A stretch of DNA of 64,000 nt from assembly GCA_043801855.1 (NCBI GenBank), contig JAZDLQ010000019.1, forward strand, positions 384 to 64,383, in the 5' to 3' direction. Shown one piece after another: positions 1 through 9,633 of this stretch. The notes below the pieces were generated by a model. It was not told the DNA's origin. It saw only the letters and a list, made by a program, of their open reading frames with translations, and did no database searches. This DNA is from an archaeon (GTDB lineage: Archaea > Nanobdellota > Nanobdellia > Woesearchaeales > GW2011-AR15). The number at the start of each line of letters is the position of its first letter. The first letter of the stretch is position 1. The position numbers and the translations under genes were made by a program.

Positions 1-119
1 TCAACAGCTTCTTTTCCATTATAGGCTTCAATGATTTCAGCTTTAATTCCTGTTTTATTAATAAAGTTTTTAGTTATAGCTATTGCAAGCTTGCTGTCGT
101 CAACTATCATTATTTTCAT
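1..119 (-). CDS. Response-regulator receiver (CheY-like) domain protein, N-terminal fragment; gene runs off the left edge
   Basis: The reverse complement of 1-119 reads MKIMIVDDSKLAIAITKNFINKTGIKAEIIEAYNGKEAV, a typical REC-domain start. ATG at 119-117. Truncated by the window edge, so absent from the ORF track. Confidence 0.6.
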   Translation of the reverse strand, partial: MKIMIVDDSKLAIAITKNFINKTGIKAEIIEAYNGKEAV

Positions 120-325
120 TTATAATAACCCTTTGGCTTTTTCAGTGATATAAATAAAGCAAACAGTATCTTATATTTATAATTTAGCTTGATTTGACAA
201 TTGCGTGCAATATAGATTTAGCGAATCGAAATCAAAATAATTAAGTCATGTTTCCGCAATAGCTATCATCTTCTTGCTTATTGCCTTTCAAAAATTATTT
301 ATTTGCCAGCAATAAAACTATTTTC

Positions 326-895
326 ATGGAGCCATTGCCGTTTGAACTGGATAAAAGAAGGAAGCTATCAGATGATGAGATAGAGCGCATGTGTGCGATG
401 CACCGGTTAGGTTATGGATATCGCCGACTCTCAAAGGAATTTGGAGTTACTCAATCAACTGCAGCTTACTGGGTTAATCCAGAGTTTAGGAAGCTGAAAA
501 GGGAGCTTTCCAAGCAGGAGTCTATTGAAAGGTATCATTTCGAGCCAGGCTACAAGGAAAGCAAGCACTTACCGGCTATGAGGAAAACCAGGAAAAGACA
601 CAGGCTGAGATACAACAAGGCATCAGAGGAATGGAGAAAGGCCCATCCAGATAAACAGAAAGAAATACAAGCAACCTGGAGAGATGCTAACAAAGACAAG
701 ATTAAAGAGCTAAATGAAAAGTACTGGAAGGATCACAAGCTCAGGAAGTATTATGGCAAGCAGCTCTGGCTTTGGAAGACCAAGTTGAAAAGGGCGGACA
801 GCAAAGAAAGAAGAAGAGAGTGCCTTTTGAAAATTAAGGAGTATAGCAAGCTCTTTGAGAATGAAAAAAGAAAGGGTTCCCCGGGCCCCTCCTAA
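326..895 (+). CDS. Hypothetical HTH protein with a very Lys/Arg-rich C-terminal half
   Basis: ORF 281-895; the first ATG is at 326 (MEPLPFELD). The segment RLGYGYRRLSKEFGVTQSTAAYWV looks like a helix-turn-helix. The remainder is basic and low complexity. Confidence 0.45.
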   Translation: MEPLPFELDKRRKLSDDEIERMCAMHRLGYGYRRLSKEFGVTQSTAAYWVNPEFRKLKRELSKQESIERYHFEPGYKESKHLPAMRKTRKRHRLRYNKASEEWRKAHPDKQKEIQATWRDANKDKIKELNEKYWKDHKLRKYYGKQLWLWKTKLKRADSKERRRECLLKIKEYSKLFENEKRKGSPGPS

Positions 896-898
896 AGA

Positions 899-1531
899 AT
901 GGGACACTCAACAAAATTGGCGCGCGCAGCGAAGTTTCGGAAGATTTTCAGTTACTATACGCTCTTTACAGCTTTCCTTGTAGCCTTGATTCCAGCATAT
1001 CTGATTGGGGTTGCCACTTATTGCGGACACTTCTACATTCATGAAGCCGGCCACATGATATTTGGCAGCTTTGATAACCTGATCCATGGAAGGCCATCAG
1101 AGTATAGGATTACTACATATTCCTCTTGCCCTTCAATGGAGTTTTTCAAGATTCCCCATCAGGTGTTGATGGCCGAAGGCAAGCCAAGTTTGAACTATGC
1201 ATTGGGAGGAAGCATTACAGTCATGATTGTGATAGTATTTCTAACCTTAATAACTTACAAACTTACAAAGAATAAATTATCTTATGCATTCCCCTTCCTT
1301 TTCCTGATCCATGAGATATTCGGCAACAACCTTTGCGGCACTGATAATATCAGGGGAGCACCACTTGATATATGCAGGACCACATTCATCGGAAGCATAA
1401 TCCCTTATTTCTTTTACTTTTACATGGCACTTATTGCCATACTGCTGACTCCCTGGATTTCCAGGCATGTCATGGAAAGGGGGTATAAGGTAGGAGAAGA
1501 AATCGGGAAGCGACTGAGAAAGACCAACTGA
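899..1531 (+). CDS. Polytopic membrane protein with HExxH motif (putative membrane zincin, DUF3267-like)
   Basis: HEAGH lies immediately after the first hydrophobic helix (YLIGVATYCGHFYIHEAGHMIFG). Several further TM segments follow. Confidence 0.5.
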   Translation: MGHSTKLARAAKFRKIFSYYTLFTAFLVALIPAYLIGVATYCGHFYIHEAGHMIFGSFDNLIHGRPSEYRITTYSSCPSMEFFKIPHQVLMAEGKPSLNYALGGSITVMIVIVFLTLITYKLTKNKLSYAFPFLFLIHEIFGNNLCGTDNIRGAPLDICRTTFIGSIIPYFFYFYMALIAILLTPWISRHVMERGYKVGEEIGKRLRKTN

Positions 1532-1542
1532 CAGGTGTTTCA

Positions 1543-2100
1543 ATGAAACAAAGGAATAAACGAGCATTGCTGATATGCGTAATCATGGCATGCTTAGGAT
1601 ACCTTTTCATTTATGGAACTGACATTCCCATTTCTCTTCATGAGAGAACTCATATTATAGCGCATAAGCTGTTCACAGGAGAATCATGTAATATGACAAG
1701 CATAAGGACACCGGAAGAGGATAATTTCCTTCATGAAAGCTATACTTGGCAAGTGCAATGCTTCAAATCAGGTTCAACTAGCCAGGAACATTTTATCAAG
1801 CTGAGTGCTTTTACATTTGAAACAATCATTGCAGTAATCCTTGTTTTGACTCCGCTCTCTTTGTTTGGGGGGTTTTGGTTTATGCGCCTGGCAAGCATAT
1901 TCTTATTTAGCAACCTTGTAGCACCTTCAGACCTCGAGCATATAAATCCTCCGTTGATAAGATTAATTGGTCTTGCCTTTATACTTCTATTTATCGTTAG
2001 CTTCTGGATTCAGTGGAAGTGGGTAAATTATGTATTATCCAGATATGAAAAAAAAAGCCATAAACACAGATTTGGCAAAACTTTTATACCTCTTTTATAA
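1543..2100 (+). CDS. Polytopic membrane protein with HExxH motif, same architecture as the upstream gene
   Basis: HERTH follows the N-terminal TM helix (DIPISLHERTHIIAHKLF). Three or four more TM helices follow. Adjacent to, and built like, 899-1531. Confidence 0.45.
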   Translation: MKQRNKRALLICVIMACLGYLFIYGTDIPISLHERTHIIAHKLFTGESCNMTSIRTPEEDNFLHESYTWQVQCFKSGSTSQEHFIKLSAFTFETIIAVILVLTPLSLFGGFWFMRLASIFLFSNLVAPSDLEHINPPLIRLIGLAFILLFIVSFWIQWKWVNYVLSRYEKKSHKHRFGKTFIPLL

Positions 2101-2110
2101 TCAAACCATC

Positions 2111-2983
2111 ATGAAGCAGCTTTTTAATATGCTCGACAATTACAAGAAACAGGATTATGCCAGGATCCAGTCCAGCTCTTCAATACTTACCTACAAGCAG
2201 TGCCCGAGAAAATACTACAATGAATATATTTTAGGCATTAAGCCAGAGCCAAACATATATTTAATCAGGGGAAAAATAGTGCATACTGTTCTTGAGCATT
2301 TTTATGACATTGAATTAGATGAAGGTTCAGCCGCATATTTGTATGAAATATTCTGGCAGAGGCTAATGTTCCTTTTTAATAAAGAATGGTCAGATAAAAA
2401 AGATGAGTTTACTAAGCTTGATCTTGAAAAAAAGGAGCTTGAATTTTACAAACAGGAATCCAGAGAAATGCTACATATATGGCTCATGCGCTTCCTTGGC
2501 AAAATCAGTATGAGAGTAAACAAAGGGGAAGACACAGAAACAGCTTTTAAAAACCTGATTCCTGAAAGGGAAGTGCATATAGTGTCTGAGCTGTTTGGAG
2601 TACAGGGTTATATTGACTCTTTGTTATATGGCGAAATCATAGATTATAAAACTTCAAATAAATGTGATTTGACACCTGAATATAAAATACAACTTGGGAT
2701 ATATTGCCTTCTTCACTTAATAAAATACAATCGGATGCCAAAAAAAGCAGGAATAGATTTTCTAAAATTCAAGGAAATGTGTATTGAAGATGAGGATGAA
2801 CTTAACAATCTTGCATATCAGGCACTCTTTGAAATTGAGCAGGTGCACATGTCAACAACAACTAATGAGATAGAAGATTATCCATGTAAAGAATCCCCTT
2901 TATGCAAGTGGGAAAATGAAAGAGGAACAGGGGAGTGCCATCATTACAAAAAATGCAGGAATAAGTCATTACTGAAAAATTAA
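2111..2983 (+). CDS. Cas4/RecB-like PD-(D/E)XK nuclease with a predicted Fe-S Cys cluster
   Basis: N-terminal YKQCPRKYYNEY, core GYIDSLLYGEIIDYKTS (D...D/ExK), QLGIYCLL (QxxxY) and C-terminal CKESPLCKW...ECHHYKKC. The ORF opens at 2030, but ATG 2111 avoids overlap with the upstream gene. Confidence 0.7.
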   Translation: MKQLFNMLDNYKKQDYARIQSSSSILTYKQCPRKYYNEYILGIKPEPNIYLIRGKIVHTVLEHFYDIELDEGSAAYLYEIFWQRLMFLFNKEWSDKKDEFTKLDLEKKELEFYKQESREMLHIWLMRFLGKISMRVNKGEDTETAFKNLIPEREVHIVSELFGVQGYIDSLLYGEIIDYKTSNKCDLTPEYKIQLGIYCLLHLIKYNRMPKKAGIDFLKFKEMCIEDEDELNNLAYQALFEIEQVHMSTTTNEIEDYPCKESPLCKWENERGTGECHHYKKCRNKSLLKN

Positions 2984-3024
2984 ACAATAGAATTATATTA
3001 TTAAACAAAATTAAATGAATTAAG

Positions 3025-3225
3025 ATGGGGCAGGAACAGGTTTATCATTTTTTACAGAACAATAGAACCACATGGTACACAACTAAAGACATTGCAACAA
3101 AATTAGATGCATCAGTTGGCTCTGTTACAACTAACTTAAAAAAACTTAGAGACTCTGGCCAGGTGGAATACAAAAGTTCTGATATGAGGGTAAGCCAGTT
3201 TTTATACAAATGGAAAAAACCATAA
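3025..3225 (+). CDS. Small winged-helix DNA-binding protein
   Basis: WYTTKDIATKLDASVGSVTTNLKKLRDSGQVEY is a typical wHTH recognition-helix and wing pattern. Confidence 0.5.
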   Translation: MGQEQVYHFLQNNRTTWYTTKDIATKLDASVGSVTTNLKKLRDSGQVEYKSSDMRVSQFLYKWKKP

Positions 3226-3227
3226 AA

Positions 3228-3494
3228 TCATCTTGCTAAAAAATTTATAAAAACAAACCATAGAATCCCAAGAACAAGGACAATTTTACCATTTGTGCAT
3301 ATCGCCCATATAAGTGCATCTTTTAATGTAATGTTTGAATGTTCGCTGTATTTCATGTATAATGCAGTTATAAAACAGAAAATTATCAGTGGATTTAAAA
3401 TGCCAATGATGCCAATTACAAAAAATATCCAATTACCGCCTTTAAGGTCGATTTTCCATTTATTTGGTTCAACAGACCATAATGTTTGAATCAT
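3228..3494 (-). CDS. Small hypothetical membrane protein
   Basis: 88-aa ORF with 2-3 hydrophobic helices. It is preceded on the minus strand by a possible 41-aa ORF (3497-3622, MNFIELYEELEAK...). No family recognised. Confidence 0.3.
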   Translation of the reverse strand: MIQTLWSVEPNKWKIDLKGGNWIFFVIGIIGILNPLIIFCFITALYMKYSEHSNITLKDALIWAICTNGKIVLVLGILWFVFINFLAR

Positions 3495-3763
3495 TTTTAT
3501 TGAAATAATTTTTTATGCAATTCATTCCATGCTTTAGCTTTAGCCTCATTATGATGATAACCTTGTTTAATGTATTCGTAAGTTTTCGCTTCAAGCTCTT
3601 CGTAAAGTTCAATAAAATTCATTTTTATTGTGCTCTAAAAGAGTAATATTTGAACGAACAAGTATAAATAATTATCTAAAATATATACAAAATGCATAAT
3701 TTTTTCAATTTTATTATATATTTTATATAAAAGATTAAAAAATAGTGAATTCTTGAGATGGAG

Positions 3764-4252
3764 TTATGAAATATTTTCTATAATAACTTCTGAATGAGAA
3801 ACATCTGCACCTTTAGATCTTAAGAATTTCTCAATTTCCTTAAAATCATCAATTTCTCTTACAATTATATCTGCTCTGAATGAATTTTGATAGCATCTTT
3901 TAATATCAGTAATTGCCGGATGTTTCTTAAGAATGTCCAGTAAGGTGTTTTCGTCTTTCCCATTATATTTTAATTCCACTTCAATAATTTTAAAACCAAG
4001 AGCAAACGGATTTAATTTCCATGTTGACGTTATAATTTTATTTTTTTGAAGCCTTTCAAAGTTTGCATTAACAGTAATCCTTGATAAGCCAGTTTCCTTT
4101 GCCATTGTGCTCATGACAAGCTTATCATTTTTTAGGCTTAGCAGATATTTTATTATTTTTTTCTCAGAATTATTTATCTCTGCACCTTTCTTTTTTTCTT
4201 CAAAACCAAGCAAATCATCAACTTCTGCTTTTTTATCATTTATTTTTTTCAT
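3764..4252 (-). CDS. Lrp/AsnC-family transcriptional regulator
   Basis: HTH segment MSTMAKETGLSRITVNANFERLQKNKII, followed by a RAM/ACT-like C-terminal domain (FKIIEVELKYNG...IIVREIDDFKEIEKFL). Confidence 0.65.
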   Translation of the reverse strand: MKKINDKKAEVDDLLGFEEKKKGAEINNSEKKIIKYLLSLKNDKLVMSTMAKETGLSRITVNANFERLQKNKIITSTWKLNPFALGFKIIEVELKYNGKDENTLLDILKKHPAITDIKRCYQNSFRADIIVREIDDFKEIEKFLRSKGADVSHSEVIIENIS

Positions 4253-4395
4253 CTTTTCTTAGTGAGCTAATGGATACAGCAATAAAAACATTGTTGTTTT
4301 TTACTATAAGTTGAATGGGAATGAAGTTATAACTGTTTCTATTTCCTACGCTATCCCTACCCTAAAATATAAACATAAAAAACCACTTATCTAAC

Positions 4396-4656
4396 ATGGT
4401 TGAATGGGAATTGGTTTCTTGGATACTTAGGGGGCGATTAAAGAGAAAAATAATAAAATCATTTGACAAACCAAAAACAGCTACAAGCCTTTCCAAGGAA
4501 TTAAAAACGCATCGCAGCACAATAAGTTCTATAATAATTGAATTTGAAAAAAAAGGAATACTATTATGCCTTGACAAAGGGCAGCCTTACAATAGGTTTT
4601 ACAAAATTACTTCTTTCGGAGAAGCCGTAGTTAAAGAAATAGATAATATCCGGTAG
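4396..4656 (+). CDS. Small winged-helix transcriptional regulator (ArsR/MarR-like)
   Basis: KPKTATSLSKELKTHRSTISSIIIEFEKKGILLCLDKG...YKITSFGEAVV. Divergent from the Lrp-like gene and immediately upstream of the giant surface-protein operon. Confidence 0.55.
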   Translation: MVEWELVSWILRGRLKRKIIKSFDKPKTATSLSKELKTHRSTISSIIIEFEKKGILLCLDKGQPYNRFYKITSFGEAVVKEIDNIR

Positions 4657-4824
4657 GCAAACTATTGTTTTATATGTTGAATTCGACAATAGGCATGTCC
4701 TTAAAATTTTAATATATTATACAATTTGTATATTAAATACTAAAAATAATATACATTTAGTTAAGTTTATATATTTGCTATTTCTTTGTAAATTCATATT
4801 TTAAGGGAGTTTAATTTAAAAGAG

Positions 4825-7800
4825 GTGAATTTAATCAGGCGAACAAATACATTTTTACAGGTTGCATTCCTTCTCTTAACTCTGTTTGCCGGAAACGCAT
4901 GCGGTGCATATGTAATCAATCATGAGAAACCTGTAATCGGATATGTGACAGCAGATGGTGCAGCCAGTACAGAAAACGCAGATTGGATTAAATATGCAAA
5001 AAATAACAGCGTAAAGAATTTTACAGTAATGTCAATTGGCGCACAGTGGCCTAACATAACAAGATACGAAAGGCTTGTTGATGCATTTGTACTTGGTGAT
5101 TGGGAAAGCTCTTTATCAAGAAGGTTGAATCAATCATCAAAGGGCATTGTTGTTTTAGGCTATGGTGATTTTGATACAGAGTGGGGGTATTGCAACAATA
5201 CAGGTGATTGGCAGGGCGGAGCATTATACATCAACTCAACAAGCAGTATGACATTTTTTAATTCCACATATTACTGGTTTAATTCAACAGGCAGAAAAAA
5301 TGTTGTTGACACATATACAGATTTTCGCGGTTGTGGAAATGCAACATTTAGCACATATGAAAATAAATTCGGCTGCACCGATTCAAGTTATACAAAAGGC
5401 TCATGTTACGCACTTGATAATAACACACAGTATTATGACGGAGACGTATCAAGGAATACTCAGGCAAGGCTTGTCAGGCTTCCGCTTAGCGAACAATGGC
5501 TAGTTAGGCCCGAATTGAATCTGTCGTCCGACTATTTATTAAGAGACATTAGGGCAATTAACTGGGTAATTGAGCCATATAATAATGCCTATGTGCCAAT
5601 TAATCCTATTTTATCAAATGAAAACCTTACATTATGGGCTGTGTTTAATGATAGTAATATTTACCAAGATACCCCAATAAATGATTTATGGGTTAGAGAT
5701 TATGCTCCTGACTATGCAAATAACAGCCTTAGATACGGATGCTGCGGGTTTGGTGTTGAATTAAACTATACAGATATTGACGGGCATAAAAGAATGAAGA
5801 TGAATGGAACAGGAATATCTTATCCTTCAGAACTTGTCACAAATAACGCAACAAACATTTTTTTCGATTCCAGTGCATCCTATACAGTTGGTTTTGAATT
5901 CAGGCCATGGTCACTGTATCAGGCAGACAAGAAAAATAAAAATACATCATTTATAATTGCGAGTGACGATAATGTCACAAACAAGATGATTCGGTTTGGC
6001 TATAATAGCACAACTATCACATGGCTTTTAGCAGGTGAAAGCTGGAAATACATGGATTATTCCCTAAACGAAAGTAAAGTGTATTACATAATGATGGTTT
6101 ATGACAACTATAATGATGAAAATTTACTTTACATTGACGGCCTTTTCGCAGATGCTGTAAGAAATACATACACGAATTTCATTAAACTGTCTACTGGCAT
6201 AACATCAATTGGCTCAGCACAATTTAGTGAAGCTAATTGCACATTTGGCAACTTACGTTTTTTTGCACGCGGTTTAAATTTCACAGAAGTAATGGATTAT
6301 TTTTATGTTGATTCATCATCAAGCCCTGCACCTGATTCTGTTCCGTATGAAGATCAAAATTTTTCAGGAATTAATGACATGATTATTTACGCTGATAGGT
6401 ATGCTCCTCTTCTTGAAGTAAAATACTACAACAATGCATCACTTTCAAATAACTTTAGTATCCCAAACACCTTTTCAAAGCAAACAGGGCTTGAATGCAA
6501 ACCGTTTAATTTTTCATATGTCGCCTGTACATCATACAACAACCTAAATATGATTTCATTGAATGTTTCAGGAAACACATCAACTGTTGTTTACAAAGAC
6601 AGTACACCGACAGCAGCGCAGGCATTTTCATCTCTTGAAATCATAAGAAATAAGTATCCTGTAATTGCAACACCAAACGGAACAGCTGTCCCTTACATAA
6701 ATGTTACATGGCTTCATCCTGATGGCACGTTCTGGAAATCAAATTTAATACGCCCTCCTGTGAACACATCTATTGCGCCATCATATCAAATTAGTGTAAT
6801 TCAGGTTTATTACTTAAATGCAACAACTGATGCATTTGTAATCTTGGGAAAATATATGGGTGGCAGCAACGAATTTTTTATAATGCTTCATGATGGAAAT
6901 AATTGGGTCATAAACGAAACTCTTATTACAAGCATTCAATCATATTCTGCAAATGCTGCAGCAGTCCAGTGCCCTGACATTGGCAATACTTGTTATGTGA
7001 TGTATGGAAATAATTCTGCATTTGGCCAAGGCAATATAACTTACAGGCAGCTGTTTAGAAATAATTTCAGCCTAAGTTCAGAACAGTTTTTGTATGTCAA
7101 TGATAATACATTTGACACAAGAAACATCGCAAACACAATCAAAGGCTGCCCTGTTCCAAACAGCGACAAAGTTGCATTTATTTTTGACACCTATAACGGA
7201 AACACATACGGTTGGATGCTTATCTTCAATAGCACAATGGGACGGCGTCCTGAAAGTTATGCCACAAAATCATCCCAGATTCGAGCGTATAACAATGGCT
7301 ATGCAAAGGCATCTAATTGGGGATGCTTTCCGGATTATGTAAATAATATTACTGTAGGATTTTTTAATTACAATGGCGGTGGCTGCAATGGAAACTGTAC
7401 AATAACAAACTGGTACAATGACAGCAACAGGCAGTGGGCATTTTCTACATGGGACACATCTCGATACTGGCGCAATATCAACTCGCCTTATGCTGCAACA
7501 CAAGCATACAAATTATCACAATCAGTTGAACAGAATAAAACGGTTCTTTCATTTGTTGATATGAATAAAGCATTATGGTCTTTAGTTTTCTGGAATACAA
7601 CAACATTAAACTGGACAAATACTGCTCAAAATATTACTGACAACAATAGGCTAATGGAGCATGAAGCAAGCCTGATGCACTCTTATGTGATAATGCCATT
7701 ATTTCCCTTGAATGAAACAAGTGATCATGTATCTGTTAGTATTTCATGGGATTTTAATTTGACAATTCCGTTAACGCATAGTTTTTATTCGCCCTCTTCT

Positions 7801-9630
7801 GTGCACCAGTTTAATGTTACATGGAACAGTACTTCTGAAATATCCAGTGTATTAATTGAGCATAATTTTACTGGTGCACTCACAAATTATTCTGTTTCAG
7901 GAAATTCTGGCAATGTGTACTATTATAATTTTGGAACACTGAGTGCAGGCTCTTATAAATGGAAGATGTACGCAGAGGATATTAACGGCTTGAAAAATGA
8001 GACGCCTGAATTCATTTATTCGATAAATAAAATAAGTCCCGCTCTTAACCTTACATTAAACAATACAGAAGGAAACATCACAGTTAGGGCAGGCTCAATT
8101 GTCAACATCACTGCAATTAAAGTATTAGGTGAATCTTTCATTGAGTTATATGTAAATAATTCATTTATTAATAATGGAACAGTTGTGTTAAGTAACCTCT
8201 CTACATTTAATTCAACTGGACTCGTCAATGTTACATTACTTTACATAACTTCAGCAAATTATAGTTCTGCATACACATCATATTTCATTACTGTTCTATC
8301 TAATGACACTGCTGTAAGTGAGGAAACGGTTGTTGTTGATGATGAAAGCCCGAGTAATAGAGGTGGCGGCGGAGGCGGAGGTGGTGGCTCAGGAGGCGCA
8401 GCAGGCAGTAATTCAGCCTCTTATAAAGAAATACTTATACTGTCTAATATAACAACTAACGAAGAATTTGCGCTTAACATTAAAAATAAAAATATGGCAT
8501 TAAATAGCATTTCATGCACCTCTTTTATAACATTAAAAAATCCTGAGTTTAAAATTGCCAGATTGTCAGATATGCCTGTAGTATTCAGTGATTTAAATTC
8601 AAGTATCTACCAATTTTTAAAAATTGACCTGCCAATTACAGCGCAGGAAAACAGTTTTAAAAGTTGCACTATTGGATTTTTTATCAATAATACTTGGATC
8701 ACTGAAAATTCCATAGATACAAATTCAATAATTCTTGTAAGGCAGGAAGGCAATGCAACTTTGCAATATCTGCACGCAAAGTTTGTTAGAACAGATTTGG
8801 CAAACACCTATTTCACAGTAAACTCGCCAGGAATGTCATATTATGCAATAATTGGCAATACTATTCCTGCAGAACCTGAAAAAATAACAGGAATGGCAGT
8901 TATTTCAGACGAAATTATCGACCCGCAGCATGAAGAAAGTAGCCTGACACCAGACATCACTAAAAAAACAGAGCAGCCTGAAAAAATTGGGCGCTTGGAA
9001 ATTATTGCTCAGATGCCATTATTTATTTTACAAATATCAGATTTCTTTAAAGGGATTAGCTACAAAATTCATCTGCACATATTTGCAATAATTTTTTGCA
9101 GCGGCCTTTTCATTTATCTCATCACAAGTAAAGCTGCAAAACAGTGCAAAAATAAAGCAGCATTAGATAATAAAAAGGAAATAAAATCTTCTTTAAATCA
9201 GGGAAAAATATACTTTATCAATGAAAAAGAAAAAGAAAAATCACTTCCTGTTTTTAATGAGCTGGTTAAATGGAGGCATGGCTTATATGTACTGCCAGCG
9301 CACTGCAAAACAGAATTAAAGGCAATTCATACTATAAGCTATTTATTTTTAACCTTTGAAAAAACAGACAATTCAGTAAATCCTAATGACATTAAGGGAC
9401 TTTACGATAAATTAACTGCATTTATTTTAAAAGATGAAAAAAGTGCAGTATTGATACACGGTTTTGATTTACTTATTAAAAATTCAAATTTCGAAACAGT
9501 TATTTATGCCATAGATGTTCTTCAGGAATTTATTTCCGATAAAAAAACAATAGTATTTATTTCACTAAATCTAAACTCCCAAAATAAAAAAAACCGCGAT
9601 ATCATTCGCTCAAAATTCTCAGTAATGTAA
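4825..9630 (+). CDS. Giant (1601 aa) N-glycosylation-rich surface protein: signal peptide, LamG/ConA-like domain, Ig-like repeats, poly-Gly linker, PGF-pre-PGF-like domain, TM helix, cytoplasmic DUF835-like domain
   Basis: Signal peptide FLQVAFLLLTLFAGNACGA. Roughly 80 N-x-S/T sequons. LamG-like YYIMMVYDN..LLYIDG..FGNLRFFARGLNFTEVMDYF. Linker GGGGGGGGGSGG. PGF-pre-PGF-like CTIGFFINNTWITENSID..ILVRQ..YFTVNSPGMSYYAIIG. TM IFAIIFCSGLFIYLI. DUF835-like AVLIHGFDLLIKNSNFETVIYAIDVL. GTG start. Confidence 0.8.
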   Translation: MNLIRRTNTFLQVAFLLLTLFAGNACGAYVINHEKPVIGYVTADGAASTENADWIKYAKNNSVKNFTVMSIGAQWPNITRYERLVDAFVLGDWESSLSRRLNQSSKGIVVLGYGDFDTEWGYCNNTGDWQGGALYINSTSSMTFFNSTYYWFNSTGRKNVVDTYTDFRGCGNATFSTYENKFGCTDSSYTKGSCYALDNNTQYYDGDVSRNTQARLVRLPLSEQWLVRPELNLSSDYLLRDIRAINWVIEPYNNAYVPINPILSNENLTLWAVFNDSNIYQDTPINDLWVRDYAPDYANNSLRYGCCGFGVELNYTDIDGHKRMKMNGTGISYPSELVTNNATNIFFDSSASYTVGFEFRPWSLYQADKKNKNTSFIIASDDNVTNKMIRFGYNSTTITWLLAGESWKYMDYSLNESKVYYIMMVYDNYNDENLLYIDGLFADAVRNTYTNFIKLSTGITSIGSAQFSEANCTFGNLRFFARGLNFTEVMDYFYVDSSSSPAPDSVPYEDQNFSGINDMIIYADRYAPLLEVKYYNNASLSNNFSIPNTFSKQTGLECKPFNFSYVACTSYNNLNMISLNVSGNTSTVVYKDSTPTAAQAFSSLEIIRNKYPVIATPNGTAVPYINVTWLHPDGTFWKSNLIRPPVNTSIAPSYQISVIQVYYLNATTDAFVILGKYMGGSNEFFIMLHDGNNWVINETLITSIQSYSANAAAVQCPDIGNTCYVMYGNNSAFGQGNITYRQLFRNNFSLSSEQFLYVNDNTFDTRNIANTIKGCPVPNSDKVAFIFDTYNGNTYGWMLIFNSTMGRRPESYATKSSQIRAYNNGYAKASNWGCFPDYVNNITVGFFNYNGGGCNGNCTITNWYNDSNRQWAFSTWDTSRYWRNINSPYAATQAYKLSQSVEQNKTVLSFVDMNKALWSLVFWNTTTLNWTNTAQNITDNNRLMEHEASLMHSYVIMPLFPLNETSDHVSVSISWDFNLTIPLTHSFYSPSSVHQFNVTWNSTSEISSVLIEHNFTGALTNYSVSGNSGNVYYYNFGTLSAGSYKWKMYAEDINGLKNETPEFIYSINKISPALNLTLNNTEGNITVRAGSIVNITAIKVLGESFIELYVNNSFINNGTVVLSNLSTFNSTGLVNVTLLYITSANYSSAYTSYFITVLSNDTAVSEETVVVDDESPSNRGGGGGGGGGSGGAAGSNSASYKEILILSNITTNEEFALNIKNKNMALNSISCTSFITLKNPEFKIARLSDMPVVFSDLNSSIYQFLKIDLPITAQENSFKSCTIGFFINNTWITENSIDTNSIILVRQEGNATLQYLHAKFVRTDLANTYFTVNSPGMSYYAIIGNTIPAEPEKITGMAVISDEIIDPQHEESSLTPDITKKTEQPEKIGRLEIIAQMPLFILQISDFFKGISYKIHLHIFAIIFCSGLFIYLITSKAAKQCKNKAALDNKKEIKSSLNQGKIYFINEKEKEKSLPVFNELVKWRHGLYVLPAHCKTELKAIHTISYLFLTFEKTDNSVNPNDIKGLYDKLTAFILKDEKSAVLIHGFDLLIKNSNFETVIYAIDVLQEFISDKKTIVFISLNLNSQNKKNRDIIRSKFSVM

Positions 9631-9633
9631 AAA

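Noticed and set aside
8361-8405. A GC-rich GGN-repeat patch, considered as a possible hypervariable or slippage tract
   Set aside because: It encodes an in-frame poly-Gly/Ser linker (GGGGGGGGGSGGAAG) with mixed codons (GGT, GGC, GGA). It is therefore not a perfect tandem repeat and is noted only as a linker within the giant protein.
5300-8807. Multiple 60-80-aa alternative-frame ORFs inside the giant surface-protein gene
   Set aside because: They are short and internal to a 4.8-kb ORF with coherent domain structure, so they are most likely chance ORFs.
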